Below are positions 32,625-49,848 of a DNA stretch of 49,848 nt, piece after piece. The translations under genes and the position numbers were made by a program. The notes under the pieces were generated by a model, which saw only the letters and a program-made list of their open reading frames with translations, did no database searches and was not told the origin of the DNA. Origin of the DNA: Salpingoeca rosetta (taxonomy: Eukaryota; Protista; Choanoflagellata). The stretch's first letter is position 1; each line of letters opens with the position of its first letter. The stretch lies in NCBI GenBank assembly GCA_033442325.1, contig JAWQFM010000006.1:1909997-1959844 (forward strand). Direction: 5' to 3'.

Positions 32625-35618
32625 ATGGACAACGCCTGCTACACCCTCATCAACACTGATGAGGGCTTTGAACCCATGACGGAGATGGAGCTCCGCAAAG
32701 CCCTCGGTGCGTCGGCCTGTGTGTGTGTGTGTGCGTGTGCGTGAATTTGTGTTTCGTGTGCACGAATGCGCGTAAATGTGTGGACCAATCGCGTTTGTGT
32801 AGAGCACAAGCGTGATGCGGGGCAGGGTTCTGCTTGTATGCTTGGGTGCTGGCGGTAGATGAACGTCAATGTTTCCTGCGCGTGTGTGTTTGTTTGCCTC
32901 CGCGTGTGTGTTTGTTTTCCTCCGTGTATGTGTGTGCGTGTGCGTGTGTGTGTGTGCGTGTGCCAGTGTGAAGCTCATGCTCACTTGTTCTCGTGTGAAA
33001 ACCACGATCTACCTGTTTCACAGAGAGCAACAAGGTTGGCGTCAAGGCACACGCTCTCAAGACCGCCATCCTCATGCTTCTCAGCGGCGAGAAGCTCCCC
33101 TCGCTTCTCATGGTATGTGTGTCTATGTGTGAGCGTACGATGGGCCCAGGACAAAACGAACGTGCCTGTCAACTCCAAGCGCCTGGCTTACTCGCGGGCT
33201 TTTGTGTGCGCGCACACACACACACACACATTCACCCTCACTCTCTCACACACACACACACATTCACACACACATACACGCCCTCACACTCTCCCCCACA
33301 TTCACGCACACACATTCACGCACACACACACACACATTCACACACACACATTCACGCACACATACATTCACGTACACACGCCCTCACACACTCACCTACA
33401 TTCAATTGATGTGGTTGTTGTTGTGTTTGCAGACGGTGATTCGCTTCGTCATGCCGTGCGACGACCATCTGGTCAAGAAGCTGCTTCTGGTCTTTTGGGA
33501 AGTGGTGCCAAAGTACGGGCCAGACGGCAAGCTGCTTCACGAGATGATTCTTGTGTGCGACGCCTACCGCAAGGATCTCGTGCATCCGAACGAGTACGTG
33601 CGGGGGTCCACGCTGCGCTTCCTCTGCAAGCTCAAGGAGCCTGAGTTGCTTGAACCACTGATGCCCTCCATCCAAGAGTGCCTCACAAACCGCCACAGCT
33701 ACGTACGTGCCGCTGTGTTTTGGAAGGGGGGAAGTGTGTGCGAGCGTGTGTGCTAGCGTGTGTGTGCGCCCGTATTTGAGCGTGTCTCCATGTATGAGCG
33801 TGTGTGTGTGAGCGTGTGTATGTCTGCATCTGCGTCTGCACCTGCATCTGCATCTGCGTCCTGCTTCTGCCCCCCTGTCTTCGCTCATGGATTTGTTTTG
33901 AGGTGTGTACGTCCTCGCCCCACTCCGTGCATCGTGCCGCCATGTTCATTGTCGCAACCGCCCTGTTCCACCCCCCCCCTCTTCTTCCACAGGTCCGCCG
34001 CAACGCCGTGCTGGCCATCTACACCATCTACAAGAACTTTGAGCACCTCATTCCGGACGGCCCCGAGCTCATCCAAAAGTTCCTCGAGAAGGAGACGGAC
34101 GCGTCGTGCAAGCGCAATGCATTTATGATGCTGACCACTGCCGACCAGAGCCGCGCGCTGGAGTACCTTGCCACGTGCATTGACCAAGTCCACACATTCA
34201 ATGAGATCTTGCAGCTCGTCATTGTCGAGCTCGTCCACAAGGTGTGCTTTCAGCGCGCGTGCCTGTGTGTGTGGTTCTTGTGTGTGTATGTGTGTGTGTG
34301 TGTTGTGTGTGTGATTTCAGTGTGTATGATGCTGTTGTGTGTGTGTGTGTGTACGTGTGTGTGATGCATGTGTCGGAAGAAGCGTGTTCAGTAGTAGGCG
34401 CCATGTCTTCATTGCACGCACACACACACATACAGTCAATGCACAGACATCGGAACAGATGCCACCAAACCCTTCCTCACCTTACCAACCAACCCTTTCT
34501 GTGTGCGTGCAACTGTAAACAGGTGTGCCGCCAAGACTCGGCGCAGCGGTCCAAGTTCATCCGCGTCATCTACAACCTGCTCGACTCGTCCTCGGCCGCC
34601 GTGCGCTACGACGCTGCCGGCACGCTGCTCACCCTGTCGACTGCGCCAACAGCGGTCACTGCCGCCGCCAAGTGCTTCACGGGCCTCATCATGAACGAGA
34701 GCGACAACAACGTCAAGCTGATTGTGCTTGACCGCCTCATCCGGCTGAAAGAGAACCCAAACAACGAGCGGGTGATGCAGGACATGTGCATGGACATTAT
34801 CAAGGTGCTCAGCGCTCCAGACCTCACCGTGCGCCGCAAGACGCTCGACCTGGTCATGGAGCTCGTCTCCAACAGAAACGTCTCCGAGGTCGTCATGTTC
34901 CTTCAGAAGGAGCTTGCCAAGACGTCAAGGTGATTTCTTGCCGTTACCGCTGTTATCATTGTGCGTTGGGGTTCCTCGTGCCGGATGTGGCTCATTTCGC
35001 TGCATCATACACGCGCGCGCGCGCACACACACACGCACAGACACACACACACACACAGGCACGCACGCGCGCGCACACGCACACACACACACACACAGAC
35101 ACACACAGACTGACTGGACTGACTGACTCACACGCTCTCCCTCCCTTCCTCTCTTCCTCCTTGCAAATTTATCACTGCGGCGACAGCCAAGAAGGGTTTG
35201 AGAAGAACTCCGAGTACAAGCAGGTGCTGGTACGCACCCTGCATCAGCTTGGCGTGCGCTTCCCGGACGTTGCGTCCACCATCGTGCCGCAGCTCATGGA
35301 GTTCCTCTCCGATTCGGACGAGAAGGCCGTAGCCTCTGCCGTAGACGTGATTGTGTTTGTGCGCGAGGCGTTTGAGCGGCTGCCTGCGCTGCGGTCCGAA
35401 ATGCTCGGCTCGCTCCTCTCCAGCTTCTCCCAGATCAGCGTGGCCAAGATTCTTCGCGCCACCGTCTGGATCATCGGCGAGTACGCAAACACCCAGCGTG
35501 ACATTGAGGCCGCAATCGCAGAAATCAAGTGCGTCAAAAAAAGGGGGGTGGGGGGGGTGGGGTGGGGCAGGTGAAGCATTTGTGTGTGAGAGCGTGAGCT
35601 TGTGTTGCGTGTGTTGTT

Positions 35619-35672
<54 letters not shown>

Positions 35673-38466
35673 CGTGTGCTTGTGCTCTCGCAACATTTTG
35701 TGGACACCACTCACCTGCTCACACACCTCTGCAGGCGGTCGCTTGGCTCGCTGCCGATTGTTGATACGGAGCTTGCTGAGGCTGCTGAGGCCGAGGCGGC
35801 AGAGGAGGAGCAGGGCAGCGAGCCAAAGGTCGTCACCCGCACCCGCATCACCGCAGACGGCACATACGCCACAGAGAGCGTCTACACGTCCACAGGTCGG
35901 TTTCGGACATGTGGGCGAGTTGCGTGTGTCTGTGTGTGTGTGTTGGCGTGCTTGTGTGTGCTTGCTTGTGTGTGTGTGTGTCTGTGTGTGTTACCAACGT
36001 ATTCTCGGCATGTCATGCACACGCACCCATGTACTCACCCCCAACACACAAACACACTAACACACACAGACAAGAAGAAGGAGGAGAAGCCACCGACGCG
36101 CAAGCTGCTGCTTGGGGGCGACTTTTTCGTTGCCTCTGCCATCAGCACAGCGCTGACGAAGCTTGCGCTCAAGTACGGCCACACGTCCGCGTCTGACGCC
36201 GACAAGAACAAGCTCACGGCCACGGCCATGCTCATGATGGTCAGCATGGCTCACCTCGGCAAGACCAACATCCCCGAGAAGCCCTGCCCGGCCGACTGCG
36301 CCTCGCACATCATGGTGCGCCGTCCTGTCCGCTGTGCAGTGCGAGTGGTCTGTGTGTGTGTGTGAATGAATGAATGTGCCGTCTTGCTTGTTCGTTTGCT
36401 TGGCATGATCGCTTGGTTTGCTCAACGTGTGCGTTTGTTGTGTTGCGCGTTGCGCCACGGAACTGCCACCATGCAACTGTTGTCGCTGCTGTATTTCTCG
36501 ACACAAAATGCTCACGTGTCTCCTGCTGCAATCCCCCATCCCCATACCACCTCGCCGCCACCAGGCGTGTGTGCACACGCTTGCGAGTCCCACACCGGAG
36601 TTGGAGCAGCTGTTCCTCGACCGCTGCCATCGCGCATTTGTCGACATGCTCGAGACACTCAAGTCCCACCACGAGCACTTCAAGGTGCGGCGTGCCTGCA
36701 TGTGTGTGTGTGTTGTTTTGTGTGTGCGTGTGCGTGTGTGTGCGTGTGCGTGTGTGTGTTGGACGTTATTTGCATGCACCTTGATCACTCACTGATTATC
36801 ATGTCTCATCATGCTCATGAACCCAACGCGACCCTTATCGCGATGTTGAATATTGCTTGCAGGCAAAGGAAACCTCCAAGGTGATCAAGGCACAGGCTGA
36901 CGATCCAATCACCTTCCGCGCTCTCAGGTAGCATATGCGTGGGAATACTGGGAATGAGGGCGCCGAGTGCGTGTGTTTCGCGTGCAAATGAGTGCAGCCA
37001 CCTGTCGTGCATCTCACCCGTGCGTGCGTGTGTGCGTGTGTGCGTGTGTGTGTGTGTGTGTGCGTGTGTGTGTTCTTGCGCGCCCGCGTGTGTGTGCAGG
37101 GTGAAGGCTGAGGATGAGTTTATGGACGACGACGACGAGATGCTGCTGTCCAAGGCCACTGGCGCTGACACGAAGGAGGAGTCATCCTCAAAGCTGAGCA
37201 AGGTGTTCCAGCTCAGCGGCTTTTCAGACCCGGTCTACGCAGAGGCATATGTCAACGTCCACCAATACGACATCCACCTCGATGGTGAGTGTGTGGGTGT
37301 GCGTGCGTGTGTGAATGTGCGCGTGTGTGTGCTTTGTACTGTTTTGCACGTGAGCGTGGCTTCGTCTTCCATACCATTCAGTCACCTGACGTGACCTTTT
37401 TCTTATGTTCTGCACCCTGTTTTTCTGTTGCGTATGTGTTTGCAGTGCTTGTTGTGAACCAGACACCAGACACGCTGCAGAACCTGACGCTTGAGCTGGC
37501 GACGCTCGGTGACCTCAAGCTCACGGAGAAGCCCCAGTCGTACACCCTCGGGCCCCACGACTTTCGTAACATCAAGGCAAACGTCAAGGTGTGTATGTGT
37601 GTGTGTGTGTGCGTCGCAGGAACACCCTTTCTTTGCATCGTCGCGTGATTGGGCTGTGCCGTTTGGTGGCTGTTGCGTTGTCGGCTGTTTGTTGTCGTGC
37701 ACCTCACATTCCACTTGGGGGCCCTGCTCTATTCTCGCACGAACCCCTCCCCGTTGCATTCGTTGGGCAGGTGTCATCGACGGAGACGGGCATCATCTTT
37801 GGCAACATTGTGTACGATGTGTCGGGTGCCACCTCGGACCGCAACTGCGTCATCCTCAACGACATCCACATTGACATTATGGACTACATCACGCCTGCAA
37901 TGTGCAGCGAGGTGGAGTTCCGCGCCATGTGGGCCGAGTTTGAATGGGAGAACAAGGTGCGTGCGTGCCATACATTTTGTATGCGGTGTGCGGTGTGTGA
38001 TTGTATATGTGTACGTTTTTGGTCTGTTTTTTTGTTTTGTTTGTTTGTTTGTTTGTTTGCTTGTTTGTTTGTTTGTTTGTTTGTTTGTGTGTTTGTTTTG
38101 CTTTCTGTCATGTGCGTGTGTATGCTTGTTTCAGCAAGCTGTCAGCGCGTGCTTGTTGCTTGTGTCCTCGGCATCTCATCAGCTTGTGTGTTTGTGTGTG
38201 TGTGTGTGTGTGTCACGCCGCCCCTTTTCGCGTGTGCGTGTGCGCCTTTGTGTTGTGCAGGTGAGCGTGCGCACGAGCATCACCGACCTCAACGCGTACC
38301 TCAATCACATCAAGCAGACAACCAACATGCAGTGCCTCACGCCAGACTCGGCGCTCACGGGCGACTGCAACTTCCTGGCCGCCAACCTGTATGCCAAGAG
38401 CGTCTTTGGCGAGGACGCCCTTGCAAACCTCAGCATAGAGAAGGGCCCCGATGGACAGGTGTGTGG

Positions 38467-38536
<70 letters not shown>

Positions 38537-38768
38537 TTGTGTGTGTGTGTGTTGTGTGTGTGTGTGTGTGGTTGTTCTGCCCTCGCACCCCTGTTGCTAC
38601 TGCCTCTCACTCCCTCTCCCTCCCCTTTGCATGTTCTGACTGACGTGTGCACTGCGACTTGCTGCTGATTAGATCACTGGCCACATCCGCATCCGATCGA
38701 AAACTCAAGGCATCGCCCTCAGCCTCGGCGACAAGATCACCCTGCACCAGAAAGAGGCCCAGCACTGA
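32625..38768 (+). CDS. COPB1: Coatomer subunit beta (COPI)
   Basis: [10 protein letters not shown]..., [161 protein letters not shown]; TGA at 38766-38768. Confidence 0.97.
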
Positions 38769-39131
38769 TTCTCTTCCCCCTTTCAAACCTGCCTTGCTTG
38801 CTTGTCTTGCTTGCGTTGGGATGAATGCGTGTGGGTCGTCTGCGTTACTGGTTTTGTCCATGTTGTGTGAATGTGCGCGCGCGCGTGTGTATCGTGTGTG
38901 TGTGTGTGCGTGCGTGTGTGCGTGTGTGCGTGTGTGTGCGTGCGTGTGTGTGTCGTGATTGTTAGCAAGCGCCACCCCCATACCAAAGCTACAACTGACC
39001 AACCTCAAGCAAACACCAACACCAGCACCAACACGTCCACGTTTTGGTTGTGAGGGAGGAGTGGAGAGGACCAGTGAAAACTTGACAAAGGCCACTGCAC
39101 ATTTCCACCACCAACAAACGAAACAACAAGG

Positions 39132-43000
<3,869 letters not shown>

Positions 43001-43424
43001 CATGTGCGATGCTGTGATACTGTTGTGGTGGTTGCTTCCTGTGCTTTCTTGCGCTTCACGTCGGCACACACACACACTCTCTCTCACACACACACACTCA
43101 CACACACACTCACACTAACTCTCTCACACACACTCTCGCCCTCACACACACACGCACTCTCTCACATTCGCGAAAAATGCAAACTGTTGTGGTGCTGCTG
43201 TTTTGTAGCGGCAAGCAGGACAGGCAATCGTTTAATGGCGCCAAGGAGGAGGCGTGAGTACATAATACAGGCATGCAAACGCAAGCAAGGCGTGCGCAAA
43301 CTCAAACAAGTGAACGGGTGAACAGAACAACTGCACGTTTGAACATCATGATCACACGAGAAGAAGACGACACAACACGCGCAGCAACGTGCTGTTGTTG
43401 TAGGGGGAGTGCAGTCTCCTCAAC

Positions 43425-45159
<1,735 letters not shown>

Positions 45160-45498
45160 TCATAAGAGGAAAGTACTGGGCCCGTCGCATGGGGTTCAAT
45201 TTGTTGTCGTGACAGATGATCTTCTGCCACACAGACAGACATTACAGTTACATTACATTATGGGCCCGTTCACAGCGAGTAATTGTGGGTAGTTTTGGGT
45301 CGAATACTGCGTTCACGGCCACGCAATGTGGAGTAATTGGTTGATCCGACGTAATTGCAAATTACCATCCCCCGACTTGTGAAAGGGTGGTAATTTGGGG
45401 TAATGGCGCCGACGGTTGTGCGAAGTCCGGTAACGGTCAGTCGAACCTGTTGCACCGATCGAGCCAACTGAGGACGGTAACTGTCACCTTCCCCCAAT

Positions 45499-46542
45499 AT
45501 GAGCGTGTTTGGAGAGGGTACAGCCACGAGTACCCACGCCTTTGCTCGTCTACTCGTCTACGTCGCTGCACAGTACAAGCCACGACGGTCGTGGGAGCAG
45601 CGCACGTTTCCGAGGTACGCTTTGATCCCAGTATGCATGGCAAACTGCGTTGTATGGCTCTCCCGCATACTCATACACGCGCGCGCGTATGTGTGTGTGT
45701 GTGTCGCTCGTTCTTGTCGATGGTGCTGCCGTCCATTAGGCGCGAGAAGGACATCTTTGGCTTGCCAAATGAGACGTTTCGCCAGAACTTCCGTGTCACC
45801 AAGGATCAGTTCTGGGAGTTGCTTGATATCATTTCTCCGCACCTCCCCAAACGCCCTGGGACTGACGTGCCCGATCGCGTCGTCCTTGTCGGCCTGCTGT
45901 GGATGTTTGCTCACGGCTGCTCTCTTCAGGTGCGTGCGTGTTGCATGTTGTTCCCGTCGTTGATCTTTCCCGTAGGTACTTTGGCCACCTCGCTCACGTG
46001 TTGTTTCCGCACGTGTGCTTTGTTCAGGCTGTGCAGTTCTCAATTGGGATCAGCAAGTCCATGTGCAGTACGCACTTCCCCGCGTTCGCCAAGGCGATCA
46101 TCGATGGACTCGACAACATCTCGTTTCCAACTGGGGAAGAGCTGAAGGAGGAACAGCGGCGATGGGCTCAGGATGACTTCCTCGAGGGCTGTGTCACGGC
46201 TGCCGATGGCGTGCACATCAGATACACCCCAACGACGAATGGCCACGAGGTCCGTGAATGACCTACAGTGCCCTGTACTCTATTCCCACTGCTTGCTTGG
46301 GCCTCTGCTCTGTGTCCCCATCGTGTCGTTCATTCATATAGCGCCCGCTCTCGTCTCACACCGCTCACGTCCGACACATGGCATGTGCCCACAACGTCGC
46401 ACTTGCGCATACTTGTGTATGTGTGCGATACAGGAGCGTTGGCGAAACAGAAAGGGCTTCAAGTCCCAGAACGTCCTTGTTTGCGCCTCGTTTGACAGAC
46501 AGGTTCGCTGTTCTTGTGCGTGCGTGTGTGTGTGTGTCTGTC

Positions 46543-46573
<31 letters not shown>

Positions 46574-47743
46574 CTGTCTGTCTGTCTGTGTGTGTGTGTG
46601 TGTGTCTGTGTCTCTGTGTCTGTGTCTGTGCGATGTGTCTGTGCGATGTGTGTGTGTGTGCGAAGCTGTGCCGCCAATTACCGACCCAGGTCACCTCATA
46701 GCCTGCCATGATGCGCATCGCACCACAAAGATACAGCACGTCGTCGTTGGCTGTGAGGGCAGTTGCCACGACGCGAGTGTCGTGGCAACTGCTGACCTCA
46801 CCTCCAAGCTGCCTGAAGGGAGCTTCGGACTATTCGACGCTGCCATGCGCCTGACCCATAAACGGTGAGTGGCCGCTCGCGTGTGTGTGAGAGTGTGTGC
46901 ATGCGTGTGTCTGTGTGCATGCGTGTGTGAGAGTGTGTGCATGCGTGTGTCTGTGTGTGTCTGTGTGTGTGTTTGTGTCTGTGTGTGTCTGTGTGTGTCA
47001 ATCGTGTTTGTGCGGTGTTTAAATCGGTGAAGCCTGTTGCCTCACACCGTATGTGTGCGCGGGCGTGTGCGTGTAGATNNNNNNNNNNNNNNNNNNNNNN
47101 NNNNNNNNNNNNNNNNNNNNNNNNNNNNNNNNNNNNNNNNNNNNNNNNNNNNNNNNNNNNNNNNNNNNNNNNNNNNNNNNNNNNNNNNNNNNNNNNNNNN
47201 NNNNNNNNNNNNNNNNNNNNNNNNNNNNNNNNNNNNNNNNNNNNNNNNNNNNNNNNNNNNNNNNNNNNNNNNNNNNNNNNNNNNNNNNNNNNNNNNNNNN
47301 NNNNNNNNNNNNNNNNNNNNNNNNNNNNNNNNNNNNNNNNNNNNNNNNNNNNNNNNNNNNNNNNNNNNNNNNNNNNNNNNNNNNNNNNNNNNNNNNNNNN
47401 NNNNNNNNNNNNNNNNNNNNNNNNNNNNNNNNNNNNNNNNNNNNNNNNNNNNNNNNNNNNNNNNNNNNNNNNNNNNNNNNNNNNNNNNNNNNNNNNNNNN
47501 NNNNNNNNNNNNNNNNNNNNNNNNNNNNNNNNNNNNNNNNNNNNNNNNNNNNNNNNNNNNGCTGTACATGTCGCGTGTGCGCATGCATACTTCTACTTCG
47601 CCAGAAGACGACGGAGCGGACTTGTTGAACAGCTGTATCAGGATGAGACGCAAGCAAAGGAGGCACGCAAGCGCCACCGCAGGGAGAGGTTGTCAAAGGC
47701 TCAACAGGAAGCGGGTTGTGGTGACGACGGTGACGATGATGAT

Positions 47744-47775
<32 letters not shown>

Positions 47776-47779
47776 CGAC

Positions 47780-47811
<32 letters not shown>

Positions 47812-48124
47812 CGACGACGACGACGAATCGCACAGCAGCGCGGCGAATGGCAGCAGCAGAAGCCGAGGCAAGGAGACCTCAGCCAAGGTTGCCCGACGGC
47901 GCGCGTTGAAGTGGCAAGACGACCTCAAGAAAAAGGCCGTGCAGAACTACCGCGAGAGACAAGAGGAACCCGAGGCACAACGACCATACCGTTTCAGGGT
48001 CAGGCGCTCATTGCTTCCATTCATGCTTGCCATCGCGGCGCAACGACGGCCACAACAACAGCAACCGAGACAACAAGCGGGGAACCACGCCGCCAAACGC
48101 CCACACACCTTGCAGCTGTCGTGA
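45499..48124 (+). CDS. Harbinger/HARBI1-type DDE transposase (intron-containing, partly in an N gap)
   Basis: [16 protein letters not shown]; HTH-like [11 protein letters not shown]|[11 protein letters not shown]; catalytic [11 protein letters not shown]; [10 protein letters not shown]; EGSCHDASV; GLFDAA. After the gap: VACAHAYF followed by a poly-Asp tail. Confidence 0.85.
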
Positions 48125-48389
48125 TTGCGCCAGTGCTGGTGTGTGTGCGTGTGTGCGTGTGTGCGTGTGTGCGTGTGCGCGCGTGTATGCGTCGACGTGG
48201 ACGCAGTGTGTATGCAAGGTTGCGTGTGTAGATGTGCGTGCGGGCGTTGTTACATGAGTGCATGCTTTGGCGGGTAGTTCGTTCTATTACGCTCCGTCGT
48301 ACACAGCAACAAATACAATGCCAACTCAGAGACACAACAGACATAGTCAAACCAGGTTGAATATGGAAGCAGAGACAGAAAGAGTGGTG

Positions 48390-49620
48390 TTAAGACGACT
48401 TCTTGTCCTGCCGGCGACGCAAGCTCCGCACGGCAGCCACGAGGGTCCCAATGCAGTCCCTGGGGCGCGAGCGTGCATGAGTGCGTGTGTGTGTGCGTAC
48501 GTGTGAAAGTGTGTGTGTGCGCGCGTGCATGAGTGTGTGCGTGCATGAGTGTGTGCGTGTGCGCGTGCATGAGTGTGTGCGTGTGAGTGTGAGTGTGAGT
48601 GTATGAGTGCGTGCATGAGTGTGTGCGTGCATGAGTGTGTGCGTGTGCGCGTGCATGAGTGTGTGTGTGTGCGTGTGTGTGTGTGCGTACGTGTGAGAGT
48701 GTGTGTGTGTGCGCGCGTGCATGAGAGTGTGTGTGTGTGTGTGCGTGCGTGCATGAATGCGTGCATGAGTGTGTGCGTGTGAGTGTGCGTGTGAGTGTGA
48801 GTGTGTGTGTGTGCGTGAATGAGTGCGTGCGTGCATGAGTGTGTGCGTGTGAGTGTGTGTGCGTGAATGAGTGAGTGTGTGTGTGTGTGTGCGTGAATGA
48901 GTGCGTGCGTGAATGAGTGCGTGCGTGCATGAGTGCGTGCGTGTGCATGAGTGCGTGCGTGCATGAGTGTGTGCGTGCATGAGTGTGTGCGTGTGCGCGT
49001 GCATGAGTGTGTGCGTGTGAGTGTGTGACTGTGCGTGCGAGTGCATTCGCGTAAGTGTGTGTGTGTGTGTGTGAGTGAGAGTGCGCGAACGAGAGTGTGT
49101 TTGTTGCCCTGCAAGAGCCCTCGCCACACCTGAGCTCCTTGTTGGTCTGGGCCTGCTCCTTGTTGGTCTTGGTCTGCTCCTCGATTGCCTTCGTCTGTGA
49201 GGCGATGAGGGCTGCAAACTGTTCCCGTGCGCTGGTCTGGGCCTTTTCCTGTTCCAGGACGTTGTTTAGCATCAACTGAAGCACGTCCGGAACATCAACC
49301 TCGCCTTGCGTCGTTTGCCTTGCTTGGCGTCGATGCGGGTCAAGGCCAGACTGGTCGCGGGCACCGTCCCGCGTGGCAACGTTGCCCTCAAAGAGGTGAG
49401 AAAGCGACGCGTACGACTGCTCCCCTAGGTCATCGTGGACTTGGCAAGCGCGTCGCAGCCTCTCGTCCGTGTTGCCTTGCGCCCGCAGCTCACCCTACAA
49501 GGCAGGCATGGCACGCAGCATCGCATTGAGAAGCGGAACATCGCACGGAAAAGTAGATTAAGGTGACAGCAGCAACAGCAGCAGCAACAACTTAAACAAC
49601 AACTGAAACAACAACAACTG

Positions 49621-49676
<56 letters not shown>

Positions 49677-49848
49677 GCAGTACCACGAGCGTTGATGCTT
49701 GGCGCGATCCCGAACCAGAGGATGAAGTAGCTTGCACAGCGAACCGTGCTTCTTTGAACTGTTCCTTGAACTTTCGAGAAACTCGAATCCTACACCGCTC
49801 TCCCAACACCTTCGGTGTTTGTGGGAGGTCAAACAACGATCTGACAAA
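48390..49848 (-). CDS. 3' part of the putative Harbinger ORF2 (Myb/SANT-like DNA-binding partner)
   Basis: Exons ...[26 protein letters not shown] | GELRAQ...[16 protein letters not shown]...[21 protein letters not shown] | [22 protein letters not shown]. It is convergent with the transposase and has a coiled-coil C-terminus. The core Myb helices would lie outside the window. Confidence 0.6.
48470..49080. repeat. Degenerate (GTGCATGAGTGTGT)-type minisatellite filling the last ORF2 intron
   Basis: Many GCATGAGT/GAATGAGT units embedded in TG/CG runs. Confidence 0.85.

Larger units (their letters stand above)
45177..49848. mobile_element. PIF/Harbinger-superfamily DNA transposon (right end outside the window)
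   Basis: DDE_Tnp_4-type transposase plus a convergent Myb-like ORF. Candidate terminus TTA|TGGGCCCGTTCAC at 45258-45273, with a second TGGGCCCGT at 45177. The subterminal region is microsatellite-free and carries repeated GTAATT. Confidence 0.75.

Noticed and set aside
35619-35652. Poly-T run as a retroposon tail
   Set aside because: No element body or TSD visible; simple intronic homopolymer.
48470-49080. Repeat array as a CRISPR-like locus
   Set aside because: No unique spacers and no cas genes; eukaryotic intronic minisatellite.

Overview
Eukaryotic, intron-rich and microsatellite-rich genomic DNA with three assembly gaps. GC-rich exons, (TG)n/(CA)n-filled introns and the holozoan gene content suggest a choanoflagellate such as Salpingoeca (inferred, not proven). 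Most ORFs in the supplied track are microsatellite read-through artefacts. Manual GT-AG splicing gives, in order: the last exon of a Sen15-like gene; a small complex I NDUFC1/NUUM-like gene; CDK5RAP1/MiaB (-); a 16-exon, ~2735-aa class III-like myosin with STE20 kinase, motor, IQ, SAH, classical tyrosine phosphatase, SAM, 7xSH3 and SAM domains (+); a hypothetical gene (-); a polyQ/His-rich Myb/SANT-trihelix gene (+); an E/R-rich coiled-coil gene (-); COPB1 (+); a signal-peptide/EF-hand/JmjC oxygenase (+); AIF1/Iba1 (-); and an intron-containing PIF/Harbinger transposon (transposase plus convergent Myb-like ORF2) that abuts the AIF1 5' end and runs off the window. The most striking object is the kinase-myosin-phosphatase-SH3 protein.
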